A stretch of 64,000 bases of DNA from Raillietiella orientalis (Eukaryota). The stretch is from contig JAYWIR010000026.1 in assembly GCA_036172245.1 (NCBI GenBank), positions 2,790,001 through 2,854,000 of the forward strand, in the 5' to 3' direction. The position numbers were made by a program, and so were the translations under genes. Under the pieces are notes generated by a model that searched no databases, was not told where the DNA came from, and saw nothing but the letters and a program-made list of their open reading frames with translations. Positions 38,801-52,232 of the stretch are shown in pieces. Within the stretch, counting starts at the first letter, position 1; every line of letters begins with the position of its first letter.

Positions 38801-40010
38801 GCACGGCAGGGTGACTGGAGCATATGTCGCTGTACAGCGATCTCCCCGACTTACTTTCTTTGCGTCCACCGTCTTCTTGGACTTTGTTAGCCCGATACTG
38901 GGCGCGGGCATCTCGCATCTAGCAGCGAAGGCACCCGCGGAACGCGCGAAGCACTCACGCTCTTTTTTAATGAGCTTCCCTGCTGCGCGGTTGCCCGTTC
39001 GGGGCTTCGCAGGCAGGGACGCCTGCTGAGTGCTGGCCACCCGCTCCGCATTTCTGGGGAGCTTCCGTGTGCTTTCAGCAATTCTGGGGACAGAGTTTTT
39101 TGTTGCCAGGATTTCTTTTTTGCGACGCATCCTCCTCCTGTTTTTCATGTTCCGGGCAATTTTTCAATTCGTGCCCGGTCTCCTTGGAATAGCGGCATTT
39201 CGGGGAGAAACATTTTTTAGGTCGATGACCCTCTTTGCTGCACTGCCCCAAACAAAAGGTTTTCCCGCAAACTACAGGTAGACGATCGTTTCGTTTATCT
39301 GCAGCTTGTAGGCAGTACTTTTCCGTTTGGCATTGTGAGCGGAGCCGTGGCCAACCCGTAGCGGACAGAAAGAAAACCCTTTAGCGAATTCTCTCTCCTC
39401 TACAACGCTTGCACAGCAGCAAATTTTGCCAACGCGATAACCATCTCGCGGTCTTCGATTTTGGACTCGATGTCAGAGATGTAGACAACAAACGAGTCGT
39501 CCATCGCAGTTGGAATGTACTGCTTGCCACCAATGGATAGTAAATCATGGAGCAGGAGCTCCACAAGAGCTTCGTGCCGCCACAAATTCCATGCCCCTCG
39601 CGGGCATGATAGCAAGAAGGTCCTCATCGCGGACACCTCTCCGGACTAGCTCATCGTTGAGCTCTCGTTCAGTTCTCCTCGTCAATTTCCCGCTCACCTT
39701 GTATCGGAGTGCAGAGTTGTGGCCTAGAGCTACGTATTCCTGCAACTCTGCTTCGCTGGGTGCTGGTCCGTGGAAAGAGACGGTGGCATACGTCCTAGCT
39801 AAAGCAGAGGAAACTACCTCGGGTACGGACGCCACTTCCTCCTCAGCTGCAGTGTAGGCGACGGCTCCGATCTTTATACCTTACTAATGGCAGCCATTCT
39901 TTACGATGGAAAACACTGTTGGTCCAAACACAGGAAAACACGCGCGCCAGCAAAAACTCACGCACAGAGTTCCTCGACGACGCACACGTTGAACGACGGA
40001 AAAGCACGTC
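35831..40010 (-). mobile_element. Near full-length but decayed family-A-like LINE (ORF1, EN remnant, RT, C-terminal motif)
   Basis: ORF1 AELQEYVALGHNSALRYKV...ELVRRGVRDEDLLAIM; SPEQTY..GRSIEA; AYADD; WISCHP..NAWLQESV; PNCSGGGAIKSFPHLL. Confidence 0.82.
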
Positions 40011-40039
40011 CCCTCAGGAGGACGGCTTTCGTCGGCGTC

Positions 40040-41000
40040 GCGTCTGCGGCATTCAAGAGCTTGCTTTTTCGACTTTCGAGCCGTGGACCTCTCCGTTTTC
40101 TGCATCTTTATTCGTGGCGCGCTTCTTGATTTATCAACTTTTAAAGTCGGATCGGAGCCATCATTCCAATTTCTTTTTTGCTTCTTAGCCACTGAAGGGG
40201 GCAAAAGAGTGAAACACCTGGGCTTCTCTTCTTCGCAGTTGCCGTTCTACTTTTTTCGTCACCGCTGGCTCCTCAGGCTTCCTTGATCGCGAGCGTACAA
40301 GGGCGGTTCCGCGATCGCTTGCCGAAGGACTCACCGCAAGCGAGGTGCTCTCACGTTTTTTCCTCTGCGGCTTCGCTGTTGCAAGGGGCGCGCAGGGCTT
40401 AGTGGGCCAGGACTCCTGCTGCTTGTTGGCACTTTACTCCACTTTTTTCAAGCTTCTGCAGCGCGCTTTCTTAATTTTTCGCGGTGTACCTTTTTACAGC
40501 GACTCTTTTCGCGCAGCGAAGCCTTGCGGCTCCCTTTCCACGCCAAAGTTCCGCAGACTTTCTTTAATCGTGTCCGGATAACTTGCAGTAACGGCATTTA
40601 CCTGAGGGGCATTATTCGGAACTCTGCTTTTCTTTGTTACGTTCCTCGCATAATCGACAATAGCACGCGTATCACTGGAGAAACGACCGCATCTTTTATT
40701 TGTATCCTCGCCAGGAGGAGACGGCTGTCCGGCATGGTAAGGCGAACCGCGGCGATTCCGCTGTGTGTGGACGGCAAGCCCTTGTGGGTGCTTCGAACCC
40801 TTTACAGCGCGTGGACCGTGGCGAATTCCGCCAAAGCGTTCCCTAAATCGCAATCAGAGATTTTCGACTCCATGTCGAAGTTCTCCACCACGAAGGAGTC
40901 ATCCATAGCGGTACGACAGACCTTCTTGCCACGGATGGACAATGTTATGCAAAGCAAGCGCTGCACATGTGGAGCGTCCTTTTAGCCCACCTTCAAATAG
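40040..41000 (-). mobile_element. Decayed LINE ORF1 remnant
   Basis: TVHAL*RV...HSGIAAVRLTM and zinc knuckle CRYCKLSGHD. Confidence 0.7.
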
Positions 41001-41480
41001 TCTTTGCTCTTTACGGGCATAATGGCGGGAAGGTGTTACACACGCACACCAATGCGAGCAGTTCATCATGAAACAGATTTCCCTCGCGGGCAGAGGGAAA
41101 CCCACCCTCCTGGTGACGGATTGCAAGCAAGAAACCCTGGACTACGCATTTCGGTGGCCCTTGTGACTTCTTGATTACCCATGTCCCATTCCCCTCCGCT
41201 CAGTTGTATTTTCGGTGCTAGTTTTTTTATCCTGGTGCCTTCTGGACTAATTCCAAAGACTTTTGTCCCGTCCCACCTCATGTAATGTTTTTCTTTTCCT
41301 TTTTTTTGCTTGTTTTCTTCAATCCCTCACAACGCTTCAAACTCTGTTATTCCAGCCTGCGTGCCAGGAGAATTTCTCGTAATCTTTGTCGACTTGTCAG
41401 CTGGAAACTTTCTTAACTCGTTTATTTTGTATCATCTAAATGTTTATATAGAATAAACGCCCCGAAGTAACCGAGTGAGA
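41000..41480 (+). mobile_element. LINE 3' UTR and terminus
   Basis: T-rich UTR ending AATAAACGCCCCGAAGTAACCGAGTGAGAAA. Confidence 0.6.
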
Positions 41481-41499
41481 AATCTTGACAGCCTTCGAT

Positions 41500-43110
41500 G
41501 AGAGAAAGAAAGATACTGGGGGTGTGTGGTAAGCCCGTGGTCCAATCACCTTGTTCACTCTCTCTCGTGGAGATTCTACAACAGACCTGCCACTTGGCCG
41601 GCTGACTAAAGCCAAGTGCTGCCCAGGTGCTCCCTGAGGTAGGACAGAGCCGCGGTAAGGGAGGTCTTCTCAGTTCACGCACTCAAGGCGGGCTGCACGA
41701 TGATGTCCTGCAGCGAGCGGCTCTTGTAAAAGGAGTGCAGCAGTCCCTGCCAAAACTTCAGGCTCGCTTCCCCAATCTGAGACCATGTGCGAAGGCTTTC
41801 TTGCAGTGCCGTTCGCAGGCCGGCAGGAGATCCAGGTGCTCATCCTGGTCAGCATGACTACTCGCCGGAGCTCCAGTCCGCAGTCGAACAGGTACCGACG
41901 TTTGCGAAGCGCTAGGAAGGAAGACAGTACCGCGAAGACGCTGGCTCGCTGAATCAAGTATCCCGCAGCCTCAAATCAGCTAGTGCTCCACGACTTCGAC
42001 AATAGGGCAAGTATACTGAACTGTAGCTGAAGCTTCAACCGTTCCAGGAGACCAAGCCCGCCGTCCCAATGCAAAGCTCAGAAGTCCTTCAAGAGGACTC
42101 GGGTCCTCCTGTCGCACCATAGGGCGATACGAAGGAGGTCTTTCGTCCTCTTCTTGATCCTTTTTGCGGGAAGACAAACAAAAGCAGAGGTCGGAGAAGA
42201 GGATCAGCGAACGCGTTCTAAACTGCCTCCCGTTCCTGCACGAGAAACCTGCCACCATGGAAAAAGCCGGTCAACGTATCCACTCTATGAAGGCAGCTGG
42301 ACCACGCATCCTCAGAGAGATAATCTCCCAACGGTACACTGAGGTTTTTGAAGTACAGTATCGTGGAGATCCCTAAGCGGATCCTGTCCTGCTGCTCTTC
42401 AAACGCAGCTCCTACTACTGGCAACACGGAAGACTTCATCTTCTTCACCCTTTGCCCTGTTCCCCGACCTAGAAAGTTCAGGAACTTCTCGACTGCCGAA
42501 GCCGGGGTGGACATAGGAAGCAGGAGCAGAGAACCGTCCGCGTACGCTGAGACCTTAGGCGTATCGCGCAAATCGCATGACAGGGGCGCCAGAGTTCCCC
42601 TGTGTGCTCACAGCACCAATTCGGAATACGTGCTGAAGAGCAAGGGATTGATGCTGTAGCCCTACCCATTGCAGCATCGCACCGATACGCCATACACGGT
42701 ATGCCCGCCACGGAAGAACCGCTGTAAAAGACGTCGATGAGCGCTTCACGACAGCTTGAGCTCAGATAGGCCATCAAAGAGGCCGTGAAGCGCAAGCGTT
42801 TCAGGAGCTCCAGGAAGAGCCTCTAGTCGACGTAGTCGAATGCTCTATGCGAATCGAACACGACCGCGAGGGTTCCCTTTCCATTTTCCAGCAAAGGACG
42901 TTCATTAATTCCGAATGCTCATCCTGTGCTTTCCCTGATAGAGTGCGAATCAGGTGCTGGCGAGGAACAGGTTGGAATCCACGCTTCGCCCGAAAGCAGC
43001 AAATGTCTGCTCCTGGATAATGAAGCTTTGTGCAAACCGTCTCAAACGTTTTGTCCACAACTTCGCAATCAACTTGGCTTTCAGACGTGTTCTTGTTGTG
43101 CCCCGACTAC
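41500..43110 (-). mobile_element. Decayed LINE RT fragment
   Basis: QEQTFA..GRSVDSNLFLAST, SAYADG.LLLLPMSTP and QPAKWQV...EQGDWTTG. Related to 8113-10167. Confidence 0.85.
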
Positions 43111-43114
43111 GCTT

Positions 43115-45230
43115 GTTGGAAAGCTTTCTTTTCGTGCTTGTGAGCATGCGGTACATCGTCGGTGTCCCATAACAGCGATGCCTGAGGACACCGCGATAGA
43201 AATCGGGAGTACAGAGATGCTAGCACCTCTCCTCAGCCCACGGAGGACTAGGCGACCGCCTCCATGGAAGCAAGAACAACCTCCTGCTTGGAAAAGGGGG
43301 CAACCGTTCCCTCTCAGCCGTCTTCGCCCACGATGAGGACCTGCAGCGCCGTGGCTGAAGCACCATCCGCTGCTGCCATGGCCGAACAAGCCGCATAAAA
43401 GGAGCAAGGATATAAGCCGTCCTTAATCTATAAGGTAGGCAATATCTTTGTTGGCAATACCGCTCGCAACTTCGAAAGGGAGCTGCAGCAGCTTAACGTA
43501 AAGGAGGAAGAGCTGGAAGGTCTTTCCGTTGTCAGTGGGAGTCAGCGGGTGGAGTTGACTTGCAAGGATGCAAGCCTGGCTCAACGGCTGTTAAATACCC
43601 CCATTACGTAGAAAGGCAGAAAGCTCTTCCTGGTAACTGAAGACCGCTCCGTAATCGTGCACCTCACTGGAGTCATCCTCATGTCAAAAACTGTCGTTCA
43701 ATAGGAACTCAGCGAATACGGCACAGTATGCACACGCTCTAAACCAAGTTAAACGCTTTTCAAACCTATGAAGGGCTCTTCAGTGGCATGGTCGCAGCCC
43801 ATGTAATCCTCCACGAGAAAAGTGAGCTTCCCCACAAGCTGTACATTGGCAACCAGACGGTCGATGTATGCTACGTGGGCAAACGCAAGTTCTGTGGACA
43901 ATGTGATGCCACAGGCACCTGAAGCAACGGTGCGCTTAGATCCAGTGCTTCCTCTGAGGAACAAAGAGCTACCTCCATAAAGTGTGCTGAAAGCAAGAAA
44001 CTACGGCTAGCCCAGCTTTGAAAAAAGACAAAAGGAGACACGCGCAGCAAACGAAGAAACCCAAATAGGCATCAGAAAGGCGAACACAGAAGCCAGAGGC
44101 AGAACCCTCCCAGCAAACGTAGGTTTAGAAAACTCCCGACGACGCTGGTGAGAACGAGGGCTGGCGAACGGTGAAGCCAAAGAAACCAACGAAAACCAAA
44201 GGCCCAAAAGCGGAGCCAGCGGCAAATCCTCTGAATAGGAGACAGCGCCGCACATTACTCCGCGAATGCTCGGTCACTTTGGAGCGCGTGGGGGCCTTAG
44301 AGGCCGCCACCGGGGGAGATAACCACTGCCTCTTTTGTGTCCAAGCCGCAATTCCCGAAAGCGAAACCTCTGTGCAAACAGAGGGGGAACCATGAGACCC
44401 ACTCGCCTTAATCGAGGACGCAACCTCCGAACAGGCGGCGGAAGAGCTCGCGGCTAAACTCGTCGGCCGTGGGAACGCGCCGCGAAAGACCTTGAGAAGG
44501 CCGGCCGCGACGAAGGCACCTCAGACAGGGGAGCAGGATCCGGATGCCGGTAGAGCGCCCTCCTCTGTGGAGGCTTCTCCTAAAAAGACAGGACGGAAGT
44601 CGAAGAATCCGAGGAGGCGCATCCCGACGAAGAAGGAGGGGGACGCACCGGTAGCCTAGGGAAAAGCCGGCAGCGTGGGAACGGATGAAGGGAATTTCCC
44701 ACTCTCCGCTTCCGAGCAGCTGGCCACACCCATGGAACAGGGAGAGCGGTTAGGTGACTCCCTCCCCCTTCCAGCGATCGGCCCTGCGGACGAGGCGACA
44801 GCAATGGATTTGCGGGAGACGATACGTCATAGCCAGCCCCCTGTCGACCTGTACAGCCGACGAATCGGCCACAATGGAAGAGGGGGAGCAGGTGCGTGAT
44901 ACCCGTCCCCTTCCACCGATGCGGAATGCAGAGGAATAGTCCCCCATGAAGGAGGGAGAAACGGAGCGCTATGCTCTTCCCCCTCCTCCATCCGCCCCGC
45001 CCGACCAGGTGGCGAGAGCCCCATTGCCACTTTCCCGAGAATAACACCTTGGCTTGCCTATCGCCGTCGATTGCGGGTGGCCTGTTGGAACTCAGCGGGC
45101 TGCGCGACGAAGGCAACAGACGAGATACGTCCGACACCCTGCGTGAGTTCGAACCGGCCCTGCTGCAGGGGACCCACGTGATCTCCGCGGCAGACGTCCA
45201 GGAGATCGAGACGATCGCAAGAGGTCAGCT
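43115..45230 (+). mobile_element. Family D LINE 5' part (ORF1 and endonuclease start), decayed
   Basis: Collinear with 60036-62030. Contains LLRECSVTLER, ACWN.SGLRD and HVISAADVQEIETIA. Confidence 0.88.
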
Positions 45231-47309
45231 GTTTATCACCCGGATGCCCCAAAGCGTTTATTGAAAAACTATCCGGAAACAGAATTCCCGGGCAAAGGAT
45301 ACACAAGAGACGAAGTGGGTTGGATCCCGAGACGCAGGTCGGTATACCGAAAGTCCGAAGAGGGAGGGAGGGGACCACAAATACACTACTATAAAAAATA
45401 AAAACAAAAATATGGAGGGCAGAGGATAGGGGTCTTTGGTTCGGCCATTCCTTCCTTTCAGAACCGGCGATGGATGCTGGCCATCTCTCTCCTCACGCTC
45501 TCTGGTAGATGGGCCCACACGGCAGCGGACGACATGGTCGCGCTGGATAATCCGGTGGGATGACGAAGGATGGCCAACTTCTCCAGCTCTCGGTGGGCCT
45601 GATCGATGGCGCGGGTGCAACACACGGTTGCAACGACAGCACATAAAGACAAGCCGCCTGGCGTAAAAAAGCGGCACATCAAGTCGGTCGCGGTGCCTCG
45701 CTGGTGCAGGAGAGCTGAGGCCAGCCTGCACCACAGTTCTAGGAGGGAACCGCAGTCCAGAAGCAGGTGCGGCAGCGTTTCCACTTCCCCGCACCGTTTA
45801 CAGGTTGGGGAGACAACTACCAGGAAACATGGTTCGTCCGCTGGTTGGAATGAAAACCCCAATGCACCAGCATGATGACGTCCTGCTTCCATGAAAGGGG
45901 GAACACAGAAGTGTTCAAACAAGAGGGAGGGAGCACAAGTTCTTCGGGGGGCACACTCAAGTGTTCACACCACCGAAGGAGTCCCTTCGGGATGTGGCGA
46001 TCCGTGCCGGCTTCTAACAGCTTTCAAGTCCTCCAGCCGCCAATAAGTAGTGTTGCTTTTGCAATGGTGCAGGCGACTTCCCATCTAGCCGGTTCGCAGC
46101 TGTCATCTCTTGCTCCGAGGGCTGACAGCGCGTCGGCGAACGGCGTGACGGCCAGGCGAGTCCACTTCTCCTGGCTGTTGAACACCTCATCCACCGTGCA
46201 GTACGTGGAGAGGTGAGCGCCACGGAGTTCCAGGAGGACAACATCCTGGTGCTTTGCGCAGCCATGCGAAGGTTCCTGCCACCAGGCTTAAAAGTTCGTT
46301 TGGAAGCAGGAGATCCATTCGTGGGCTGCCAGGAGCCGGTATGGGGGTTTTCGCGGGAAACCAAAGCTTCTAGTGGCGTGCTTCGTATGCGGCCTCAGCG
46401 ACAGATGTCCATCGCTGCCGGTGCAGCAAAGCAGGATCAGACGAGCGGAAGCGCACCACGGAGTGGACCAAAGATTGCCGCACACTGCCAACATCCGAAG
46501 TTGCACCTGCAGCCCGATTCTCTCCAGCGTCAGGATGCCTAAACCGGCATCCCGACGCAGAGCCGCCAAGTTTTTGAGGCGGATCCAGGACCTCGCAAAA
46601 GGTCCCTCAACAGGCTGTAAGCCTGGAGCTTGGTTGAGTAGGGGGACGGGAAAACAAAAAGGAGGAGGCGCAACAGGGGAGCAACGAAGGAGTTCCATAT
46701 CAAGGCCCGCTCCGACAGGAGGAACCTGCCATCGTGGAACGGGCTCAGAGCACTCGTAGCCTTCCGAAGGCAGTCCGACCACACTTCCACTGAGCTGATG
46801 TTCCCCAGCGGAACGCCTAGATATTGGATGGACGAAGCGGTCGGCATTTCCAGGCGGATCCAGTCGAACTGCCCCTTTCACGAAGCACCAATAGGAATTA
46901 TCACGCTCTTGCTCCAGTTTACGCTCATGCCCGCTCTTCGGCGAATGAGCTCAAAGAAATCCTCGAGACTGGACGCCAAGGTGGTCATGGGTAAAAGGAG
47001 AAGCACGACGTCAGCATACGCCGCCAAGGACGGCGTTCCTGGACAAGTAGACGGCAGGTTGGCCAGCGTCAGCCTGAACGCCCTCAGCACCAACTCAAAG
47101 AAGATGCTGAAGAGCAACGGGCTTAAGCTGTCGCCCTGCCTGATGCTCCGCCGCACCGGCACGTCGTGCACGTAACAGCCGTTGAAAGAGATGGAAATGA
47201 GCGCGTGGCGCCAGCAAGCGTGCAAATTCGCCACGAGGTGCACCGGGAGACCAAGGCGTTCCAGAGGCACCAGCAAGATACCCTGATTTGTGCAGTCGAC
47301 CGCCTTGCG
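45231..47309 (-). mobile_element. Family C LINE from RKAVD to the 3' terminus
   Basis: SIRQGDSLSPLLF, AAYADV, QYLGV and CKRCGEVETLPHLLLDC. Terminal motif at 45231-45262. Confidence 0.92.
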
Positions 47310-48669
47310 TGCTACAGGATGGACGTGTTTTCTCGGTGCTCCTCGTGCCAGGAAGTCTCCCCCAGTGCAAGCAACGTGTGGTTCCGTGGTCGATCAGGCA
47401 GCGATGCCTGACGCGAGCACCAGGGATGGCCAGGGGGTAGCGGAAACGCCGCCCTCAGAGGCGATGGAGGTGGGGGCATCCGCCCCCACAGAATCGGTTC
47501 CCGCTGCAGCGCGGGCGTGGAGCGCCGTTGTGTAGGCGCCATCGCCTGCAGCCGCGGCGGAATTGTCGGCCTATGTAGAGGAGGGGTACAACCCCTCATT
47601 GTCCTACAAGGTAGGCAATCCTTATTCTTTAGAGAGCGCGCGCGCCTTTTCGAAGATCATGCGCGCTCTCGATGTGAAAGAGGAGGAGCTCAGCGGTATG
47701 ACCATCCGCAGCGGGGGTCAGTACGTTGAGCTCATCTGCAAACATGCAGAGCTGGCGCAGCGACTGCTGAAAACCCCCGTTGTGATGGGGACGCGTAGGC
47801 TCCTCCCCACTACGGCGGACCGCAGCATGGTGGTCCACCTGTTAGGCGTAACCGCGCGAATGCGCAAAGAACAGGTTCGCGCCGCTCTGGAACAGTTCGG
47901 AACGGTCCACGCGCAGTGGACGAAAGTTAGTCCTTTCGAGGACTACAGGATGCTGCAACACGGCTCCACGGCTGCGCGCGTGACCGTTCGGGAGGGCTGC
48001 ACCCTACCCCACAAACTGGTGTTCGAAGGCGAAACCGTCGACCTCTGGTATGCGGGGAAGCCGAAATACTGTGGCTTCTGCAATACGTCGGGCCACCTCA
48101 AAAAGAGGTCTCCCAATGTGCAGTGCCAAGTATACGGAACCATAGGACACACGAGGGAGGTGTGCTCTAAAGCAGCAGTGCGGGTGGTTTCCAAGAGAAA
48201 CCTTCAAAAACGTGCCCGGCTTCTGCAGAAAAGGCTGGCGTCGAAAGCTGCCGCGAAGGCTGTGCCACCCGCGCCCAAGGCCCAGGCCGCACCAGAAACC
48301 CCGGCAAACAACGCCGAACAAGTGGAGAGAACAAGCCAGGAGCTTGGGTGGCAGGTGGCTACGGCCAAAAAATCAAAGAAGGAGAGGAGGATGAAGAAAA
48401 AGCTCGCGTACCGCCACAAAAAACAGCAGGCAAGCGAGCAAATTGAAGAATGCAGCGTTGTCGTTTATTACCCGGTTGCGCCGGGACGTTTATTAAAATA
48501 TCAACTGAGAACTGTGTTCCCAGGCAAGGGAAACAGAAAATGGGAAGTAGATTTCCCGGAACGCAGTCCGGGCACACTGAGAGTTCGGAACGGGAGGGGG
48601 TAAGACAATAAATAAATAAACTGGGTGGGAGGGCGGGGACAGGGGTATACAGTCTAACCGTTCCTATTC

Positions 48670-51600
48670 TCAGAACCGGCGGTGAATGCCGCCTATCTCC
48701 GTCCTCACTTCTGCTCTATGATGTGGCCACCCGGCAGCCATTTGCAGGTTGCAGGCTGCGGTGTCGGAGACCGATGTTGGGTCTGCTCGCATTTGCAATA
48801 CGTGGCGGGCCCTGACAATGGCGCGGACGCAGCAGATGATTGCGACGACCGCTCCAAGAGAAAGATGCCACGCGTGTAGAAGCGGCGCATCCAATCCAGT
48901 GCGGTGTGTCCAGGGTGCAGGAGCGCTGAAGACAGCCGCTGCCACAGCTCCTGCAGGGCACCGCACTCAAACAGCAAATCCGGAAGCGATTCCACCGCTC
49001 CGCATTTGGCACAGTTCGGGGACGCAACTCCCCCGGATATCAGGTGCGCCCGCTGGTTACAGTACAAACCCCAATGCACCAGCAGAAAAGCGTCCTGCTT
49101 CCACAGAAGGGGGAAGGGAGTCGCGTCCAAACACGCAGAAGGGACCCCAAGTTCATCGCAGGGCACCCCGAGGAGCTCACTCCACCGGAGAAGCCCCTTT
49201 GCAAGAATGCGAGGTGTGGCAGCGTCTGCCACTTCGCAAGTCCGCCAGCCTCCTAGCAGTCGGGTTTCGCATGCGATTTCGCAAGTGATCTCCCACCTCG
49301 CCGGCAGGTCACTGTCATCTCGCACCATCAGTGCACACAGTGCTTCGGCGACTGGCGTAGCGGCTAGGCGTGTCCACTGGTCCTGGTCTTCCAGCACCTC
49401 CCCCAATGGACAGTATGGGGAAATGTTAACGCAACGGAGTTCCAAACGGGACACATCCTGTTGCGCTGCCCAGGACGATAAGGCTTCCTGCCTCAGGGCG
49501 TTGAAGTTCGTCGGCCGGCAGGAGATCCACTCATGCTTTCCCAGAAGCGCGGTGAGCTGCTTCAAAGGGAAGCCGAATCCTCTCTGGGCGCGCTCCGTGC
49601 GCAGATGCAACGAACGTAGTCCGTCGCCACCCGTGCAGCGCCGCAGCAGCAGCAGCGCTGGAGCACACCAGGGAGTAGTCCAGAGCTGCGCACAAAGTGC
49701 CAGCATGCGGAACTGCACTAGCAGTCCGATCCGCTCCAGCGTCAGGATGCCCAATCCTGCATCCCGCCAAGGAGCCGCCAAGTCCTTCAGGCGTATCCTA
49801 GACCTCGCCGGTCCCCACAGGGCGTTACGCAACAGGCGCTGCTCCCGGCGCTTAGAAGAGTAGGGACGGGGACAAACAAAAAAGAGGGAACGGAGGAGGG
49901 GGGCAACGAAAATGTTCCACACGAAGGCCCGTTCCGACAGGAGAAACCTGCCGCCTTGGAACGGGCCCAGAGCAGTCTCGGCCTTGTGAAGGCAGTCCGA
50001 CTACGCTTCTGCTGGACAGGAGGCGCCAAAGGGAACGTCGAGGTACTTCAAGCACCTGCCCGTGGGGATCCCCAGGCGGATCCAGTAGGACTGCCCCTCC
50101 CACGTAGAGCCAACCGGTACAACGGTTGATTTCGTCCTGTGGACACTCAGGCCCGCTCTCCGACGAAAGAGCTCCAAGAAGTCTTCTAGCCTGGACGCCA
50201 AGGTGGACATGGGCAGAAGCAAGAAAAGGTCGTCATCATAGCCGGCCACGGCCGGTGTTCCCGGGCAGGAGCTTGGCAGGTTGGCCAGCGTCAGCCTGTA
50301 CGCCCTCAGCACCAACTCAAAGAAGATGCTGAAGAGCAGGGGGCTTAAGCTGTCTCCTTGCCTGGTACCCCGCCGTATGGGAACACCGTACACGTGACGC
50401 CCGCTGAAAGAGATACAGCATAACGCGTAGCGCTAGCAGGAGCGCAAGTTGGCGATGAGGTGCGTCGGAAGGCATAGATGTCCCAGAAGCTCCAGAAGGA
50501 GGTCCTGGTTTACGCTGTCGAACGCTTTGCACAGATCGACGGCGACCGCTAAGGCTCCCGGCGTTCCATCTTGTCTTGAACATCGCCGCTTTCCTTTGCC
50601 AGCGGCGATTTCGGCTGCCTGGCTCTGCTGCGCCACGCGCTGCTGCAACTCGAACCATGTTCGCGCGAAGAAGAGATTCGCGTCCATGGACCGCACCGGA
50701 ACAGCATACGTCTGCTCCGGACTTACCAAGGACTCTGCGATTCTCCCCAGGCGCGCGACCCATAGCCTGGAGTACAACTTGACGTCCGAATTCACCAATG
50801 TGATCGGACGCCAGTTGCTGAGGTGGCGCAAATCATCGCCTTTTGGCAGGAGCCGCACCTTTGCTGAGCGGAAAGAAGCGGGAACATCTGCCGTCTCACG
50901 CATCAGTGAGGAAAGGCTTGGCACCAGGGGGACGAGCTCCGCCGCGAAGCACTGAAAGAACTCCGCGTGCAGGCCATCCTCCTCAGGCGCCTTACGCCTC
51001 TCCAGGCCCGCTATGGGAAAAGATACTTCTTCCGCCGTGAAGGGCCAATCCAATCTGGCGCGTTCCTCCTCGTCGATAGCAGGGTTGCCTGTCGGAAGAA
51101 GCAGCTCGGAGAGACTGCGTTCCGTGGGCTCCTCCGCGTACAACGAGGAGTCGTAGCGCTTGACTACGCTGTGTACTTCGGCTGCAGCCGAGCATTCGTG
51201 GCCAGCGTCATCGAGCAGACAAGCCGCTCCAGACTGCCAAACCTGGCGCTCGGCCCTGGCCTTATACTCCGCCAGACGCCGGACGTCCGGGCATCGTGAA
51301 AAGGTACGCGCCTGCAGATAGGATCTGCTGTTGGCGACACCCTCCCGGAAGCCGCGGGGAAGCAGGTGCAAGGAAAACCGGCAGCAGAACTCGCGGACCG
51401 ATCTTTTCAGATCGTCCCAGTCCTCGAGTTCACAGATGGCGAAGCCCCGGAGGTGTTGGCGGAGATGCTCCGCCGCCTCCGAATTGCAAAGCCAGTCGGC
51501 CGGCAATCTCCAGACATTCATCGGAGGCCCTTTGCCAGGCGGGAGGAGCTCGAAATCCAGTCTAGGATGATCCGAAATCGCGGACAGCAGGCGTCCTCTC

Positions 51601-52232
51601 CGACCTACTCGTGAGAGCAGGTGTTCATCGAGGAACGCATGGTCCGGCGATCTCTCCATCCCGGGCTCACCAGCAAGCAAGTTTTGCACGCGCACGGACG
51701 CGCATACCTCGCTCACCAGTTGCTTCTCCCTCAAGCGGCATCTCTCCTCTGTTAGCAGGTGGACGTTGAAGTCTCCTGCAAGGAGGTGCGCCACGTTAGG
51801 GCCGGAGTCAGCGAGCCAGCGGCTGCGCAGGCCACCCAGGAATGCAAGTCGCTGGGCGCAATGCCGGCCTCCCCTCGGCGCGTAGATGTTCGTAACGACC
51901 AGGTCGATCGATTCGGACCACTTGAGGACAAGTTGGCCCACACGACCTTCCTCGTCGAAACAAACGTTCCGCACCGCCTCCGCCACCCTGCCTCGGACGA
52001 GGAACGCGACTCCGCACGTGTGCGCGGTGCCTTGCCGCCAGTGTAGCGCCCCGCCCGCGCGCTCTTCCAGATCCGATGCCTGCCTTACGGAAATGCTATG
52101 TATCTCCTGCAGCAGCACCAGATCGAACGCGCGCAAAGCGTTGGCTCCCGTCCGCCTTTTGTCAGCATCACGTAGCCCGTTGACATTCCAACAGGCCACG
52201 CTGACGCGACGAGCGGACGCGAGTCCACGCAT
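48670..52232 (-). pseudogene. Family A ORF2 (APE endonuclease, reverse transcriptase, C-terminal Cys/His motif), with few in-frame stops/frameshifts
   Basis: WNVNGL, LQEIH, NIYAP, GDFN, SDH; NWRPITLVNSDVK, VDLCKAFDSV, GTRQGDSLSP, YDDD, KYL; CAKCGAVESLPDLLFEC. Confidence 0.93.
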
